The notes: a model not told the origin generated them from the sequence alone. 51,101 nt of DNA from Polyangiaceae bacterium (GCA_035558375.1 DATMCL010000642.1:1-51101), one strand, 5' to 3'; shown: positions 8,870 to 18,556, counted from the first letter of the stretch. Numbers and translations are program-made.

Positions 8870-10723
8870 TCACTCCTCGACGACGCCGCCCGCGCCGCTC
8901 GGCATCGGGTTCTGCTCTTTTTCGAGGTAGCGGAAGATGGTGCGCGGATCGACACCGAGATCGCGCGCGGTTTGCGTGCGGTTACCGTTGTTGCGCTCCA
9001 GCACCTCGAGCACGTAGCGGCGCTGGAAGTCTTCCTTCGCCTTCTCGAGCGGCATGATCGGGCTCTCCGCATCGGCACCGAGGTCCATGTCCTCCGGGCC
9101 GAGCAGCGTCTTCTCGCAGAGAACGAGCGCCTTTTTGATGCGATTCTCGAGCTGACGGATGTTGCCGGGCCAGGGCGCCTTGCGAATGGCGGCGAGGGCC
9201 TGGGGGGAGAAGCCGCGTACGGGGCTGCCCATCTCGTCGGCGTACTTGCTGAGGAGCGCCTTGGCGATGATGAACACGTCGTCAGCGCGCTCGCGCAGCG
9301 GCGGCAGCCACAGGTTCACGACGTTCAACCGGTAGTAGAGATCCTCGCGGAACTCGCCGGTCTTGATCATGTCCTCCAGGGTGCGATTCGTCGCGGCGAC
9401 GATGCGAATGTCGCAGCGCTCCGGACGGTTGTCGCCCACGCGGTAGACGACGCGCTCCTGAATCGCGCGCAGGAGCTTCACCTGGAGCTGCGGCGTGAGC
9501 TCGCCGACCTCGTCCAAGAAGAGCGTGCCTTGGTCGGCCTGCTGGAACTTGCCGGCACGGCTCGCGATGGCACCCGTGAAGGCCCCCTTCACGTGGCCGA
9601 ACATCTCGCTCTCCATCAGGTTCTCGGGAATCGCGCCGCAGTTGACGGTCACGAACGGACCGTTCGCGCGGTTCGAGCGCCGGTGGATCTCGCGCGCGAT
9701 GAGCTCCTTGCCGGTGCCCGTCTCGCCCGTGATCATCACGCTGATGTCGGTGGCGGCGACCTTCGCGAGCTTCCTGAACACCTCCATCATCGAGGCGCAG
9801 GCCCCGATGATCTCGCCGAAGCGCTTGTCCTGAAGCTCTCCCTGGAGCTTCTCTTTGTCCGCGCGGAGGGCGGAGAGGAGCATGGCGTTCTGCAGGATGA
9901 GCGAGGCCTGCCCAGCGAAGATCGTGAGCAAGTCGAGCTGCTTGCGCTCGAACAGGTGCTTGACCTCGTCGTTCGCGACGTAGAGCGCGCCGACGGTTTC
10001 GCCCTGGCTCAAGAGCGGCGCGCACATCACGCTCGACAGCTTGAGCGCGATGACGCTCTCGCTCTTGCCGAAGGTCGTGTCGGTGAGCGCGTCGCTCACG
10101 ATGACGGGTCGCTTGGTCGCGATCACCTGCTGCACGATGCTGTCGCTGATCGCGCCCGACGGATCCTCGAGCACGCCGCTCTGCACGTTGCGCGACGCCC
10201 GCACCCGCGGACTCGACGTCTGCCCCTCGCCCACGTCGACCAGGAGCACGACGCCGCGCGCCGCTCCGGTGAGCTGGATGACGTCGTCGAGCAGCGTTTC
10301 GAGCAGCTCGTCCACCGAGCGCACGGTCATGAGCCGCTCGCTGAACGCGTGCAGTCGGCGCAGGCCCGCGATGTCGCCTTCCGGCTGACCCGGCTGGCCC
10401 GAGCCGGGCTGCGACGCGGGGGTCATGTCGGTCTCGGTGAACATGCTGAAACCGAGCTGTGCGCGGCCGAGCGTGACGCGGTCGCCGTGCACCAGACGCG
10501 CGCGCCGCTTCTTCTTGCCGTTGATCTGGATCTCGGCGTCGCGGTCGACTTCCTCGAGCTGGAAATCACGACCGTTGAAGACGATCTGCGCGTGGTGGTG
10601 CGCGACGCTCGCGTCGGGGATGGCGATGTCGTTGCCGAGCGCGCGACCAAGCGTGGTCACCGGCTTGTGCAGCGCGACGATCACGGGAGCCCCCTCCGCG
10701 GGGAAAAATCGCACGATGGGCAT
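8870..10723 (-). CDS. Sigma54-dependent enhancer-binding protein (FHA-GAF-AAA-Fis HTH)
   Basis: FHA (LGRALGND..SVAHHHAQ), GAF (SVMCAPL), GETGTGKE, GAFTGA, FLDEVGEL, WPGNIRQL and a C-terminal HTH. Confidence 0.93.
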   Translation of the reverse strand: MPIVRFFPAEGAPVIVALHKPVTTLGRALGNDIAIPDASVAHHHAQIVFNGRDFQLEEVDRDAEIQINGKKKRRARLVHGDRVTLGRAQLGFSMFTETDMTPASQPGSGQPGQPEGDIAGLRRLHAFSERLMTVRSVDELLETLLDDVIQLTGAARGVVLLVDVGEGQTSSPRVRASRNVQSGVLEDPSGAISDSIVQQVIATKRPVIVSDALTDTTFGKSESVIALKLSSVMCAPLLSQGETVGALYVANDEVKHLFERKQLDLLTIFAGQASLILQNAMLLSALRADKEKLQGELQDKRFGEIIGACASMMEVFRKLAKVAATDISVMITGETGTGKELIAREIHRRSNRANGPFVTVNCGAIPENLMESEMFGHVKGAFTGAIASRAGKFQQADQGTLFLDEVGELTPQLQVKLLRAIQERVVYRVGDNRPERCDIRIVAATNRTLEDMIKTGEFREDLYYRLNVVNLWLPPLRERADDVFIIAKALLSKYADEMGSPVRGFSPQALAAIRKAPWPGNIRQLENRIKKALVLCEKTLLGPEDMDLGADAESPIMPLEKAKEDFQRRYVLEVLERNNGNRTQTARDLGVDPRTIFRYLEKEQNPMPSGAGGVVEE

Positions 10724-10949
10724 CTCTCGGCGAGGGTAGCAAAGCGCTCGCATGAGTACACCCACGCTGAACTTTGCCGGCCAAAAGGCCGGCATCCGAG
10801 CGACGCAATCCCGAAACGCTGGGAGGCGCCAGGGCTTCCCTTCCAGGCTGAGGCGACTAGTATCCGCTGCCTAATTAGAGTCGGGTGGCAGTCCCCTGCG
10901 CATTCGTCAGCGCAGGGAGCCGACCAGCAGGGAAAAGGAAATAGGGACC

Positions 10950-13469
10950 ATGAACACTAAAGCTCTGTGGAGCGTCGCGCTCGTCGGGACCGTGGCTGCG
11001 TTCTTCACCGCGTGTGGCGACGGTGACAGCACCAAGATCAAGATCTGCAACGCGAAGCAACTCACGTGCTTGAGCGACACCGGTGGTCAGATCTGCAGCG
11101 CGGATGGCACGCAAAACCTGGCGTTCCAGTGCGGCGAGGGCCAGCGCTGCTGTGACCCGAAGGTCAAGGATGCCGACTGTGGCGAAGGCGTCACGAAGGC
11201 GACCTGTGTCGGCAACTGTACGCCCGGAGCCACGCAGTGCGGCTCGAAGGGCGTCGCGCTCCGCTGCTCGGACGACGGCCGGCAATGGGTCCCCACGGAT
11301 TGCCCGGTCGGTACCGGCTGTGACAGCGACGACAAGAGCGACACCTACGGCACCTGCGTCAACAGCGACGATCCCGAGAACGTCGTCGTCGTTTGCGAGG
11401 GCGGATCGAAGGCGTGCGCTGACGGCAACACGGCGAAGGTCTGCGAGACAGACGGCACCAACTGGGTGTTCACCGCGTGCGCCCCGAACGAGATGTGCGA
11501 CGACGGAGAGTGCGTAGTCGATCCCGCCAAGGGCTGCGTGCCGCATTCCGGCACCTGCGTGGACAAGACGCACGTCAGGACGTGCAACCTCAAGGGCGAC
11601 GGCTACGAGGATCCCGAGGAATGCCCGGACGACACCACGTGTGAAGACGGCGCCTGCCAGGGCCCGGTCTGTCCCGTGGGCGCCCTGCGCTGCGACGACA
11701 TGCGCGTCGGCGGCGCCTTCGCCAACGCGATCGCCAACGGCACCTACCAGCCGCGAACCGTCTACAAGTGCAACGCGGACGGAACAGCCTGGGAAACCTC
11801 GACCTGCGCGTCGGAAGAGATCTGCGTCTACGACAACATCTCGAACAACACGGTCAATACGTACATCCAGGACGTGCTCTCCGCGATCAACAACAGCCAA
11901 TACCTGCTCGGCTTGCCGATCCTCAAGGTTCCCGCGAGCTCGCAGGCGTCGTGCCAGTCGCCTGGCTGCGCCGCGCCGTACGCGCTGCGCGGCATGGGCT
12001 CGTTCGACTCGAGCAACGGGGGCAGCACCGCGGGTAGCTTCACCTGCGGCGACGCGCTCAATCCGGACGCGGATCCGCTGGCGTCCTTCAGCCTGTGTGA
12101 AGGTCTCCCGCCGTTCAACAACCTCTACTGGGCGAACTACGCGTGCACCGAGCCGGAGAAGTGCGTGTACAAGGGCACGCCGAGCAACGTCGAGGACCAG
12201 GATAGCCTGGTCGGACCCACCTGCGCGTCGAGCTGCAACCCGGGCGCAAAGGCTTGCATCACCCCCGGCAACGGCACCGTCGGTACCATCACGACCGTCG
12301 GCGAGGCGACCGTGACCTGCAACGCCGACACGGGCGAGTGGGACTACACGACGACCGCGAAGTGCGCGAAGGACTCGCGCGAGCAGTGGTGCGGCCCGAA
12401 CCTCATGGGGACGCCCGAAAACTTCAACATCGGCACCTGCATGGAGCCGGCGTGCGCGGCGTGGTTCGCCTCGTTCGACACGTTTACGCTGCCCGAGCAC
12501 TACGGCGCGTGCGGGACGGACGGGAAGTTCTACCCGTGCAAGCCGGACGGCACCTTCGACGAGGCCCAGGACTGCGGGCAGTGCCAGCTCGCGACCAACA
12601 TTCAGCTTCCGGCGCAGCCGAGCACACCCGAGACGTTCGCCGGCTACGAGCCCGGTACCTGCGTGCAATGCACGGAGAAGACGCAACGCTGCCTCTTCGC
12701 GAGCGGGCTGTCCTCGGGACAACCGTTCGGGTCTCCGTACTATCGGGTTTGCGGCGCGGATGGCACCTGGAGCACGAAGTCCTGCAGCGACCAGCAGCTC
12801 TGCTGGGATTACCAGGACGAGAAGGGCCTGCCGGCCGTCGTGTGCGGCGGTGAGTGCGCCCCGAATAGCTCGCTGTGCGGCGGCACGGACGGCAAGCAGA
12901 TCGCTTCGTGCGACGAGAACGGCAAACTCGGCGCCTTCAAGAACTGCGCGACGGGCGCCTGCCACATGGACTCCACGAACACCTCGAGCGGCGGCTCCGC
13001 CGAATGCGAGACGGAGTGCATCGAGGGCACGTCTCTGTGCACGACCGTCATCGACCCCGACACGAGCCTCTCGGTGGAGGCTGCTGCCGCTTGCACCGCG
13101 AAGGGTCGTTTCGACCTGACGAACGCGACCATTTGCGACAAGAGCGATCTCCAGAACCCCGAGTACTGCTTCGCGAACCTCGGGTGCGCACAGTGCAACC
13201 CGAACGGCTCGAGCTCGACCGGCACCACCGGCAGGCCGGACGTGCGCTGCGCGGTCGACGAGAACGGGCTTCCGGTCGTCCCTGCCGCAGTGCAGGTCTG
13301 CGGCAAGAACGGCACCTGGGAAGACGCCATCGAGTGCCCGGGCGGCGGCACGAGCTGCTCGGTGGGCGTGTGCTACTCGACCGAGCCGCCGCCGAGCGGT
13401 GAAGGCGGCGCGGCTGGCACGACTGGCGGCAACACGGGCGGCGGCGGCGCCGGCGGTGTTCTCCAGTAA
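10950..13469 (+). CDS. Large Cys-rich repeat lipoprotein
   Basis: Lipobox FFTAC. Many C-x-P-G-x-x-x-C ... C-x-x-D-G-x-x-W modules and a Gly-rich tail. AGGGA precedes the ATG. Confidence 0.85.
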   Translation: MNTKALWSVALVGTVAAFFTACGDGDSTKIKICNAKQLTCLSDTGGQICSADGTQNLAFQCGEGQRCCDPKVKDADCGEGVTKATCVGNCTPGATQCGSKGVALRCSDDGRQWVPTDCPVGTGCDSDDKSDTYGTCVNSDDPENVVVVCEGGSKACADGNTAKVCETDGTNWVFTACAPNEMCDDGECVVDPAKGCVPHSGTCVDKTHVRTCNLKGDGYEDPEECPDDTTCEDGACQGPVCPVGALRCDDMRVGGAFANAIANGTYQPRTVYKCNADGTAWETSTCASEEICVYDNISNNTVNTYIQDVLSAINNSQYLLGLPILKVPASSQASCQSPGCAAPYALRGMGSFDSSNGGSTAGSFTCGDALNPDADPLASFSLCEGLPPFNNLYWANYACTEPEKCVYKGTPSNVEDQDSLVGPTCASSCNPGAKACITPGNGTVGTITTVGEATVTCNADTGEWDYTTTAKCAKDSREQWCGPNLMGTPENFNIGTCMEPACAAWFASFDTFTLPEHYGACGTDGKFYPCKPDGTFDEAQDCGQCQLATNIQLPAQPSTPETFAGYEPGTCVQCTEKTQRCLFASGLSSGQPFGSPYYRVCGADGTWSTKSCSDQQLCWDYQDEKGLPAVVCGGECAPNSSLCGGTDGKQIASCDENGKLGAFKNCATGACHMDSTNTSSGGSAECETECIEGTSLCTTVIDPDTSLSVEAAAACTAKGRFDLTNATICDKSDLQNPEYCFANLGCAQCNPNGSSSTGTTGRPDVRCAVDENGLPVVPAAVQVCGKNGTWEDAIECPGGGTSCSVGVCYSTEPPPSGEGGAAGTTGGNTGGGGAGGVLQ

Positions 13470-13493
13470 GGTCCGGCTCTAGCCGGCGCCATG

Positions 13494-13525
13494 GGGCGAG
13501 CCTTCGGGCTCGCCCTTGGCGTTTT
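13494..13525 (+). terminator. Intrinsic terminator-like hairpin between convergent genes
   Basis: Perfect 9-bp stem GGGCGAGCC/GGCTCGCCC with a TTCG loop, followed by TTGGCGTTTT. Confidence 0.7.
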
Positions 13526-13561
13526 GTGGGGACGGCAAAGAGCTCGCGCAGCGAGCGCGGA

Positions 13562-14557
13562 CTACCACTCGGCGCGCAGCGGGCGGTGGAGCACGTCCTC
13601 GACGGCTTTAGCGACGGGCTTGCCCTCGAACAGCACGCGATACACCTCGCTCGAGATCGGTAGCTCGACGCCGAGCCGCTCGGCAAGGCGATGGGCCGCT
13701 TCCGCCGTGGGTACGCCTTCGGCGACGTGACCGAGCCCCTTGAGGACGTCCTCGAGGCGCCCGCCCCGTCCGAGCTCGAAGCCGACGGTGCGATTGCGCG
13801 AGAGCTCGCCCGTGCAGGTGAGCACGAGATCGCCGAGCCCTGCGAGCCCGGCGAGCGTGAGCACGTTGCCGCCCTTGGCCATCGCGAGGCGCCCCATCTC
13901 CGCGAGGCCGCGCGTGATGAGCGCGGCGCGCGTGTTGTGGCCGAAGCCGAGGCCGTCGCAGGCGCCCGCCGCGATGGCGATGACGTTCTTCAGGGCTCCG
14001 CCGACCTGCACGCCGGTTGGATCGTCGCTCGAGTAGACGCGCAGGCGCTCGGTGGCGAGCTTGCCCTGCACCGCGACGCTCAGGGCGTGGCTCTTTGCCG
14101 CGACCACCAGGTTGGTCGGCAGCTTTTTCGCCACCTCGAGCGCAAAGCTCGGACCCGAGAGCACGAGCGCGCGCTCGGCCGCCTCCGCACCGAGCACGTC
14201 GGCGACGACCTCGGTGAGCAGCATCCAAGTGCCCGGCTCGATGCCCTTGCTGGCGATGACGAGCGGGACCGCGGGGAGCAGCGTGCGGGCGCGTTCGAGC
14301 ACGCCGCGGAGCGCTAGGGACGGCAAGGCGAGGATGACGAGCTCGGCCCCGTCGAGCGTGCGCTCGAGGTCCGAGCTGACGGACACGCTCTCCGGCAGCT
14401 TGAACCCGCCCAGGAACGCGCGGTTCTCGCGCTCGCTCGCGATGGCTTCGGCGTGTGCGGCGTCCCAGGTGAAGAGGCGTACGGGACCGCGTTCGGCTTG
14501 CGCCAGCGATAGCGCCGTACCCCAGGCGCCCGCGCCGAGGACGGCGACGTGGGACAT
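13562..14557 (-). CDS. gpsA: NAD(P)H-dependent glycerol-3-phosphate dehydrogenase
   Basis: GAGAWGTAL, SKGIE, LSGPSFA, GGALKNVIAIAAG, GLGDLVLTC..SRNR. Confidence 0.97.
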   Translation of the reverse strand: MSHVAVLGAGAWGTALSLAQAERGPVRLFTWDAAHAEAIASERENRAFLGGFKLPESVSVSSDLERTLDGAELVILALPSLALRGVLERARTLLPAVPLVIASKGIEPGTWMLLTEVVADVLGAEAAERALVLSGPSFALEVAKKLPTNLVVAAKSHALSVAVQGKLATERLRVYSSDDPTGVQVGGALKNVIAIAAGACDGLGFGHNTRAALITRGLAEMGRLAMAKGGNVLTLAGLAGLGDLVLTCTGELSRNRTVGFELGRGGRLEDVLKGLGHVAEGVPTAEAAHRLAERLGVELPISSEVYRVLFEGKPVAKAVEDVLHRPLRAEW

Positions 14558-14630
14558 CGTGCGTTCCCTTCATCCCACGCCGCCGTCAGGAGGCGCAAGC
14601 CCGACCGGGGACGGTGGTCCGCGGGAAGCG

Positions 14631-14656
14631 GTTTTTGGGGCTAGGGCCCCAAAAAC
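14631..14656. promoter_or_regulatory. Perfect 11-bp inverted repeat in a divergent promoter region
   Basis: GTTTTTGGGGC-TAGG-GCCCCAAAAAC, just upstream of an extended -10-like TGCTACGCT (14669-14677). Confidence 0.5.
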
Positions 14657-14686
14657 AAACGAGAGGAATGCTACGCTCGGCCCAAC

Positions 14687-15760
14687 TTGTCGCGGCTCGG
14701 GCGGCTCCTTCTACTGTGCGGCACGGCCGCGTTGGCTCTCACGGCGTGTCCGTCGCGCGAAAGCATCGGGACGACGAGCCTGTCGGTGCTCGGCTCCGGC
14801 GTCGTCAACGACCCGCAGAACAAGTCGCTGCGCTTCGACATGCTGAAGTTCGGCCTCGACAGCTTCTGCCACGAGATGCTGAAGGGCGGCGCGCCCCTCA
14901 AGATGGCGGACGACGAGCCCGTGCTCGGCCGCTTCTTCGCCGCCGGGTGCCAGTCGCAGGTCCTCGACGAGGAGCTCAGGAAATCGTTCATCGTGCAGTA
15001 CCAGGGCAAGGGCTTCGGCTTCGGCGGCCCCGTTGGCCGAGTCGGGTTCGAGGCCACAGGGCTCATCGAGTACGCGCCCGACTTCCAGCTGCACGACGGC
15101 GCGATGTACGTCTACTTCCGACCGCGCCTGGTCGACACCAGCAAGTTCCAGCTCTTGCTCGTCGAGTCCGAGCTCGCCCAGACGGCCGCGGCCGCGCTCG
15201 GCGTGAGCCCGGAGGCCTTCGGCAAGAAGATCGTCGACAGCCAGCTCCGGCGCGGATTCACCGTCGTGCGCTACGGCTCGAGCGGCGAAACCGAGTTCGG
15301 CATGGGCATCATCCCCCCGGGTGAAAAGCCGTTTCACCCCTTCCACGTCGAGACGGAGGACAAGCGCGTGCTCGTGAACGAGCGCACCGAGGTCCACGGC
15401 GGCCAGCAAGACTACGTCGGGGCGTTCGATGTCGACGGTAGCGACCAGGCCCTTTACCTAACCCTCTCCGTCGACGGCGCCCCCTCGGTCGACGTGCTCG
15501 TGGTCCCCCAGGCGGAGGGCGACAAGCTCATCGACGGCTACGTGCGGACCCGCGGCCCTCAGACGGTCGCCGGCCGCCCCCTGCTCGACGAGCCCGTCGC
15601 GAGCGGCGCGCTTTTCCGCCGCTTCGTGAAGGTTCCCGCGGGCCGCTACTACTTGCTGCTCGACCACGGGAACCGTAGAGGGCATGGTCCGGCGCCCGGA
15701 CCTGTTACCGACCAGGCCGCCAAGGTCGACTACCTGATCTTGCTGGGCGACGCGCCCTGA
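14687..15760 (+). CDS. Hypothetical lipoprotein
   Basis: TTG start, lipobox ALTAC, strong GC3 codon bias; immediately upstream of lepB. Confidence 0.75.
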   Translation: MSRLGRLLLLCGTAALALTACPSRESIGTTSLSVLGSGVVNDPQNKSLRFDMLKFGLDSFCHEMLKGGAPLKMADDEPVLGRFFAAGCQSQVLDEELRKSFIVQYQGKGFGFGGPVGRVGFEATGLIEYAPDFQLHDGAMYVYFRPRLVDTSKFQLLLVESELAQTAAAALGVSPEAFGKKIVDSQLRRGFTVVRYGSSGETEFGMGIIPPGEKPFHPFHVETEDKRVLVNERTEVHGGQQDYVGAFDVDGSDQALYLTLSVDGAPSVDVLVVPQAEGDKLIDGYVRTRGPQTVAGRPLLDEPVASGALFRRFVKVPAGRYYLLLDHGNRRGHGPAPGPVTDQAAKVDYLILLGDAP

Positions 15761-15782
15761 GCCCGAGACCTCCCGCCAGACC

Positions 15783-17120
15783 ATGAACACCACCGCGATG
15801 AATCCGAAGGTCTACCGCTTCGTGGTGTGGCCCATCTGGTTCGTCGTCGTGCCGCTCGTGCTCGCGCACTTCACGGTGCTGCTCTTGAGCCCCGGTGCGG
15901 GCTTCGAGCCGGTAACGCTGGTCGACCGGGTGCTGTGGGCGATCGACGACCAGCCGATCCCCGCGACGATCGGCTTCTTCACCCTGTTCGAGATGCTCAT
16001 CTACCACTACCGGCACCTCTTGCCGCTGGCGGGCTCGGATGGGCGAACCGACGTTCCGCGCGACGCGCGGCGCGACATCGAGCGGGCGGCGCACCTGCTC
16101 GACGAGGCAGAGCGCATCCTCCGGCGCGAGCGCCCGGCTTTCGAGAAAAGCGTTCCGGCGAGCGCGCGCGAGGAGCTCCTCTCCGAGCTCGAGACGCTGC
16201 GGCGCACCATCGGGCAAAGCCCCTTCGATCGCAAGGCGTTCGAGACCGCGTACGAGCGAGCCGCGCGCCTCGTCGACAAACACCTTGGCCGCTGGCAAAA
16301 GGGCGAGCTTCGCGAATACGTCGAGTCGATCGCGGTCGCGATCGGCGTGGCGCTCTTGCTCCGGGCCTTCGTGGTCGAAGCCTTCAAGATCCCGAGCGGC
16401 TCGATGCTGCCGACGCTGCAGATCCAGGATCATATCTTCGTCAACAAGCTCGCGTACGGACCGCTCGTGCCGTTCACGAGCTACCGGCTCTTCGATCGCC
16501 TGCCGCCCGCGCGCGGCGACGTCATGGTGTTCGTCTATCCGGACTCGAACCCCGACGCGCCGAGCCAGGACTTCATCAAGCGCGTCATCGCGCTGCCCGG
16601 CGACACGTTGGTGGTCGACAGCGGGCACCCCATCCTCAACGGGTGGCGCGTGCCGAGCTGCCATGTCGGTGAGTACACGTACCAGGAGGGCAGCGACGCG
16701 CCGACCAAGCGCGGCGATCTCTTCATCGAGTACCTCGGGGAGCGCGCCTACCTCACGCAGTACGAAGACAACCGCTCAGACGGTCGCCAGGGCCCGTACC
16801 ACGTGAAGCCCGGCGAGACGTGGGTGCTCGGCGACAACCGCAACAACAGCATGGATTCGCGCGCGTGGTTCGGCGGCAAGGGCGCGGGCGTTCCCGACGT
16901 GAACATCAAGGGCCGCGCCATGTTCGTGTGGTGGGGCGTTGCCTTCGATCGTTTGTTCATGAACGTGCTCGGCACGCCGCGGTTGCCGAAGGGCGCGCCC
17001 GCCGAGATCGTCGCCGGTATCAATGCGTGCCTCGCCAAGCGTCCCCCCTTGAGTGAGACCACTCCGCCGCCGCCCTCCGCAGCGCAAAACCTCGAGCCCG
17101 CGGCGGCTTCGGCGCAGTAG
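15783..17120 (+). CDS. lepB: Signal peptidase I with N-terminal membrane/helical extension
   Basis: FKIPSGSMLPTL (Ser), DFIKRVIALPGD (Lys), GDNRNNSMDSR. Confidence 0.95.
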   Translation: MNTTAMNPKVYRFVVWPIWFVVVPLVLAHFTVLLLSPGAGFEPVTLVDRVLWAIDDQPIPATIGFFTLFEMLIYHYRHLLPLAGSDGRTDVPRDARRDIERAAHLLDEAERILRRERPAFEKSVPASAREELLSELETLRRTIGQSPFDRKAFETAYERAARLVDKHLGRWQKGELREYVESIAVAIGVALLLRAFVVEAFKIPSGSMLPTLQIQDHIFVNKLAYGPLVPFTSYRLFDRLPPARGDVMVFVYPDSNPDAPSQDFIKRVIALPGDTLVVDSGHPILNGWRVPSCHVGEYTYQEGSDAPTKRGDLFIEYLGERAYLTQYEDNRSDGRQGPYHVKPGETWVLGDNRNNSMDSRAWFGGKGAGVPDVNIKGRAMFVWWGVAFDRLFMNVLGTPRLPKGAPAEIVAGINACLAKRPPLSETTPPPPSAAQNLEPAAASAQ

Positions 17121-17268
17121 GTCGGCACGCAAGCCACACGCCCCGAACCTGCGGAAGGAAGTTTCACGTCCCTAGGTCGGCCGGCCGAGACCCGGGTTTG
17201 CTCGCGCGAGCCGCCCTATCCAGCCGATCTTGGGTGGAGTAGTAGTCAAAGGTCTCAGGAGGATCTCT

Positions 17269-18033
17269 ATGGCGCGTCAGCAGCGTTGGACGGCGGTGGT
17301 GTCGACGGGTCTCATGGTGGGGGCGTTACTCGCCTGCAAGAAGAAGCCGGACCCGGCCGCCGAGGCCTCCGCAGCGGCTTCGGCCCCCGCGGCGCCGGCC
17401 ACTCCGGCAGCTCCAGCCGCGACCTCCGCGGCGGCGGCGCCCGCGGCGACCGAAGCGCCGGCGGCCACGGAAGCGAAGCTCGGTGACGTGAAGCGTTACG
17501 GCGTCGACAAGGAGGTCAAGCTCGACGACGCCGGTGTGCGCGTCTCCGCCGACGAGCTCAAGGTCTACAACGAAGCCGACACCAAGACGGACGACGTTGC
17601 GACGCTGCCCAAGGGGCTGCTCGTGTTTCGTCAGGTCAAGATGGCCGACTTCACGCTCGTCGAGTTCCCGTCGGGCATCGGGCAGTTCTCCCAGGGTTGG
17701 GTCGAAACGAAGTCGCTCTCCGACACGGCCGAGAAGGTGACGCGCGCGGCCGCCTTGAGCGAGAAGAAGACGGCCGCCGTGAAGGTGGTCGACGGCGGTA
17801 CGCCTGCGGCAACCGACGGCGGCAAGGCGAGCGACGCCGGCGCCGAGAAGAAGGCCGACGCGGGCGCCGCCAAAGCAGCGGCCGACAAGAAAGCCGAAGA
17901 GAAAGCAGCGGCGGAGAAGGCAGCGGCCGAAAAGGCAGCGGCCGAAAAGGCAGCCGAAGAGAAGAAGGCCGCGGCCGAGAAGAAGGCCGCCGAGAAGAAG
18001 GCCGCCGAGAAGGCGCCCGCGAAGAAGAAGTAG
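17269..18033 (+). CDS. Lipoprotein with SH3b-like domain and Ala/Glu/Lys-rich tail
   Basis: AGGAGG RBS at 17257-17262, lipobox LLAC, SH3b-like LKVYNEAD..ATLPKG..GWV, and AAEK(K) repeats. Confidence 0.75.
   Translation: MARQQRWTAVVSTGLMVGALLACKKKPDPAAEASAAASAPAAPATPAAPAATSAAAAPAATEAPAATEAKLGDVKRYGVDKEVKLDDAGVRVSADELKVYNEADTKTDDVATLPKGLLVFRQVKMADFTLVEFPSGIGQFSQGWVETKSLSDTAEKVTRAAALSEKKTAAVKVVDGGTPAATDGGKASDAGAEKKADAGAAKAAADKKAEEKAAAEKAAAEKAAAEKAAEEKKAAAEKKAAEKKAAEKAPAKKK
17875..18030 (+). repeat. Imperfect 15-bp coding tandem repeat (AAAEK/AAEKK)
   Basis: Units such as gcagcggccgaaaag and gccgccgagaagaag are repeated. Confidence 0.8.
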
Positions 18034-18056
18034 CGCGCTGCGCGCTCGACGCAGCC

Positions 18057-18449
18057 TTAGCGCTCTTCGCCCTTGCTCGACGAGCGCGTGCGCGCCTCGA
18101 TCCCGAGGTCGCGTGCGAGCGCGTGGGTGCGCTGCGTCCGCCACACCGCGAGAGCGACGAGCGCGATCCACGCCACCACGGCCGACAGCCCGAGCGTGAC
18201 CTGCAGAGCAAACGGCGGGTGGAGACCGTGCTTCAGCAGAAATGCGAAGACGATATCGAACCCAATCTTCCCGAAGCACGCCGCGGCTCCCATGCGGTAG
18301 TTCCTGCGGGCCTGGTCGCGCCAGCGGTTGAAATCGGCCTCCGCTACCGCGGGAAACTGCTCCTTTTGTCGCAGCGACACGTCCATCTGTCGCAGCGAGA
18401 ACAGGATCCCGAGGATCAACGCGAGGAGATCGAACAGTTGGTCAGGCAA
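18057..18449 (-). CDS. Small membrane protein (about 3 TM)
   Basis: Three hydrophobic segments; TTG start preceded by GAGG. Confidence 0.65.
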   Translation of the reverse strand: MPDQLFDLLALILGILFSLRQMDVSLRQKEQFPAVAEADFNRWRDQARRNYRMGAAACFGKIGFDIVFAFLLKHGLHPPFALQVTLGLSAVVAWIALVALAVWRTQRTHALARDLGIEARTRSSSKGEER

Positions 18450-18543
18450 GGCGACCTCGCGTTACCACGAGCCGCGCGCCCCCTGCCATCGAGGTCCGGA
18501 ATTGGCTCAGCCTGTGCCAGGCTCGAGTTGAGAAAGCTTCGAG

Positions 18544-18556
18544 AATCAAGGGCTTG
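18544..18556 (+). promoter_or_regulatory. IHF-binding site
   Basis: AATCAAGGGCTTG is an exact match to WATCAANNNNTTR. Confidence 0.65.

Noticed and set aside
10886-10901. TGGCAGTCCCCTGCGC as a sigma54 promoter for the Cys-rich lipoprotein
   Set aside because: GG-to-GC spacing is 9 or 11 rather than the required 10.
17145-17170. GAACC-N17-CGTC ECF-like promoter upstream of the SH3b lipoprotein
   Set aside because: The motif is too short to be significant in GC-rich DNA without TSS data.
17875-18030. Tandem repeats as a CRISPR array (also 31690-31760 and 29541-29702)
   Set aside because: They are in-frame coding repeats without unique spacers, and there are no cas genes.
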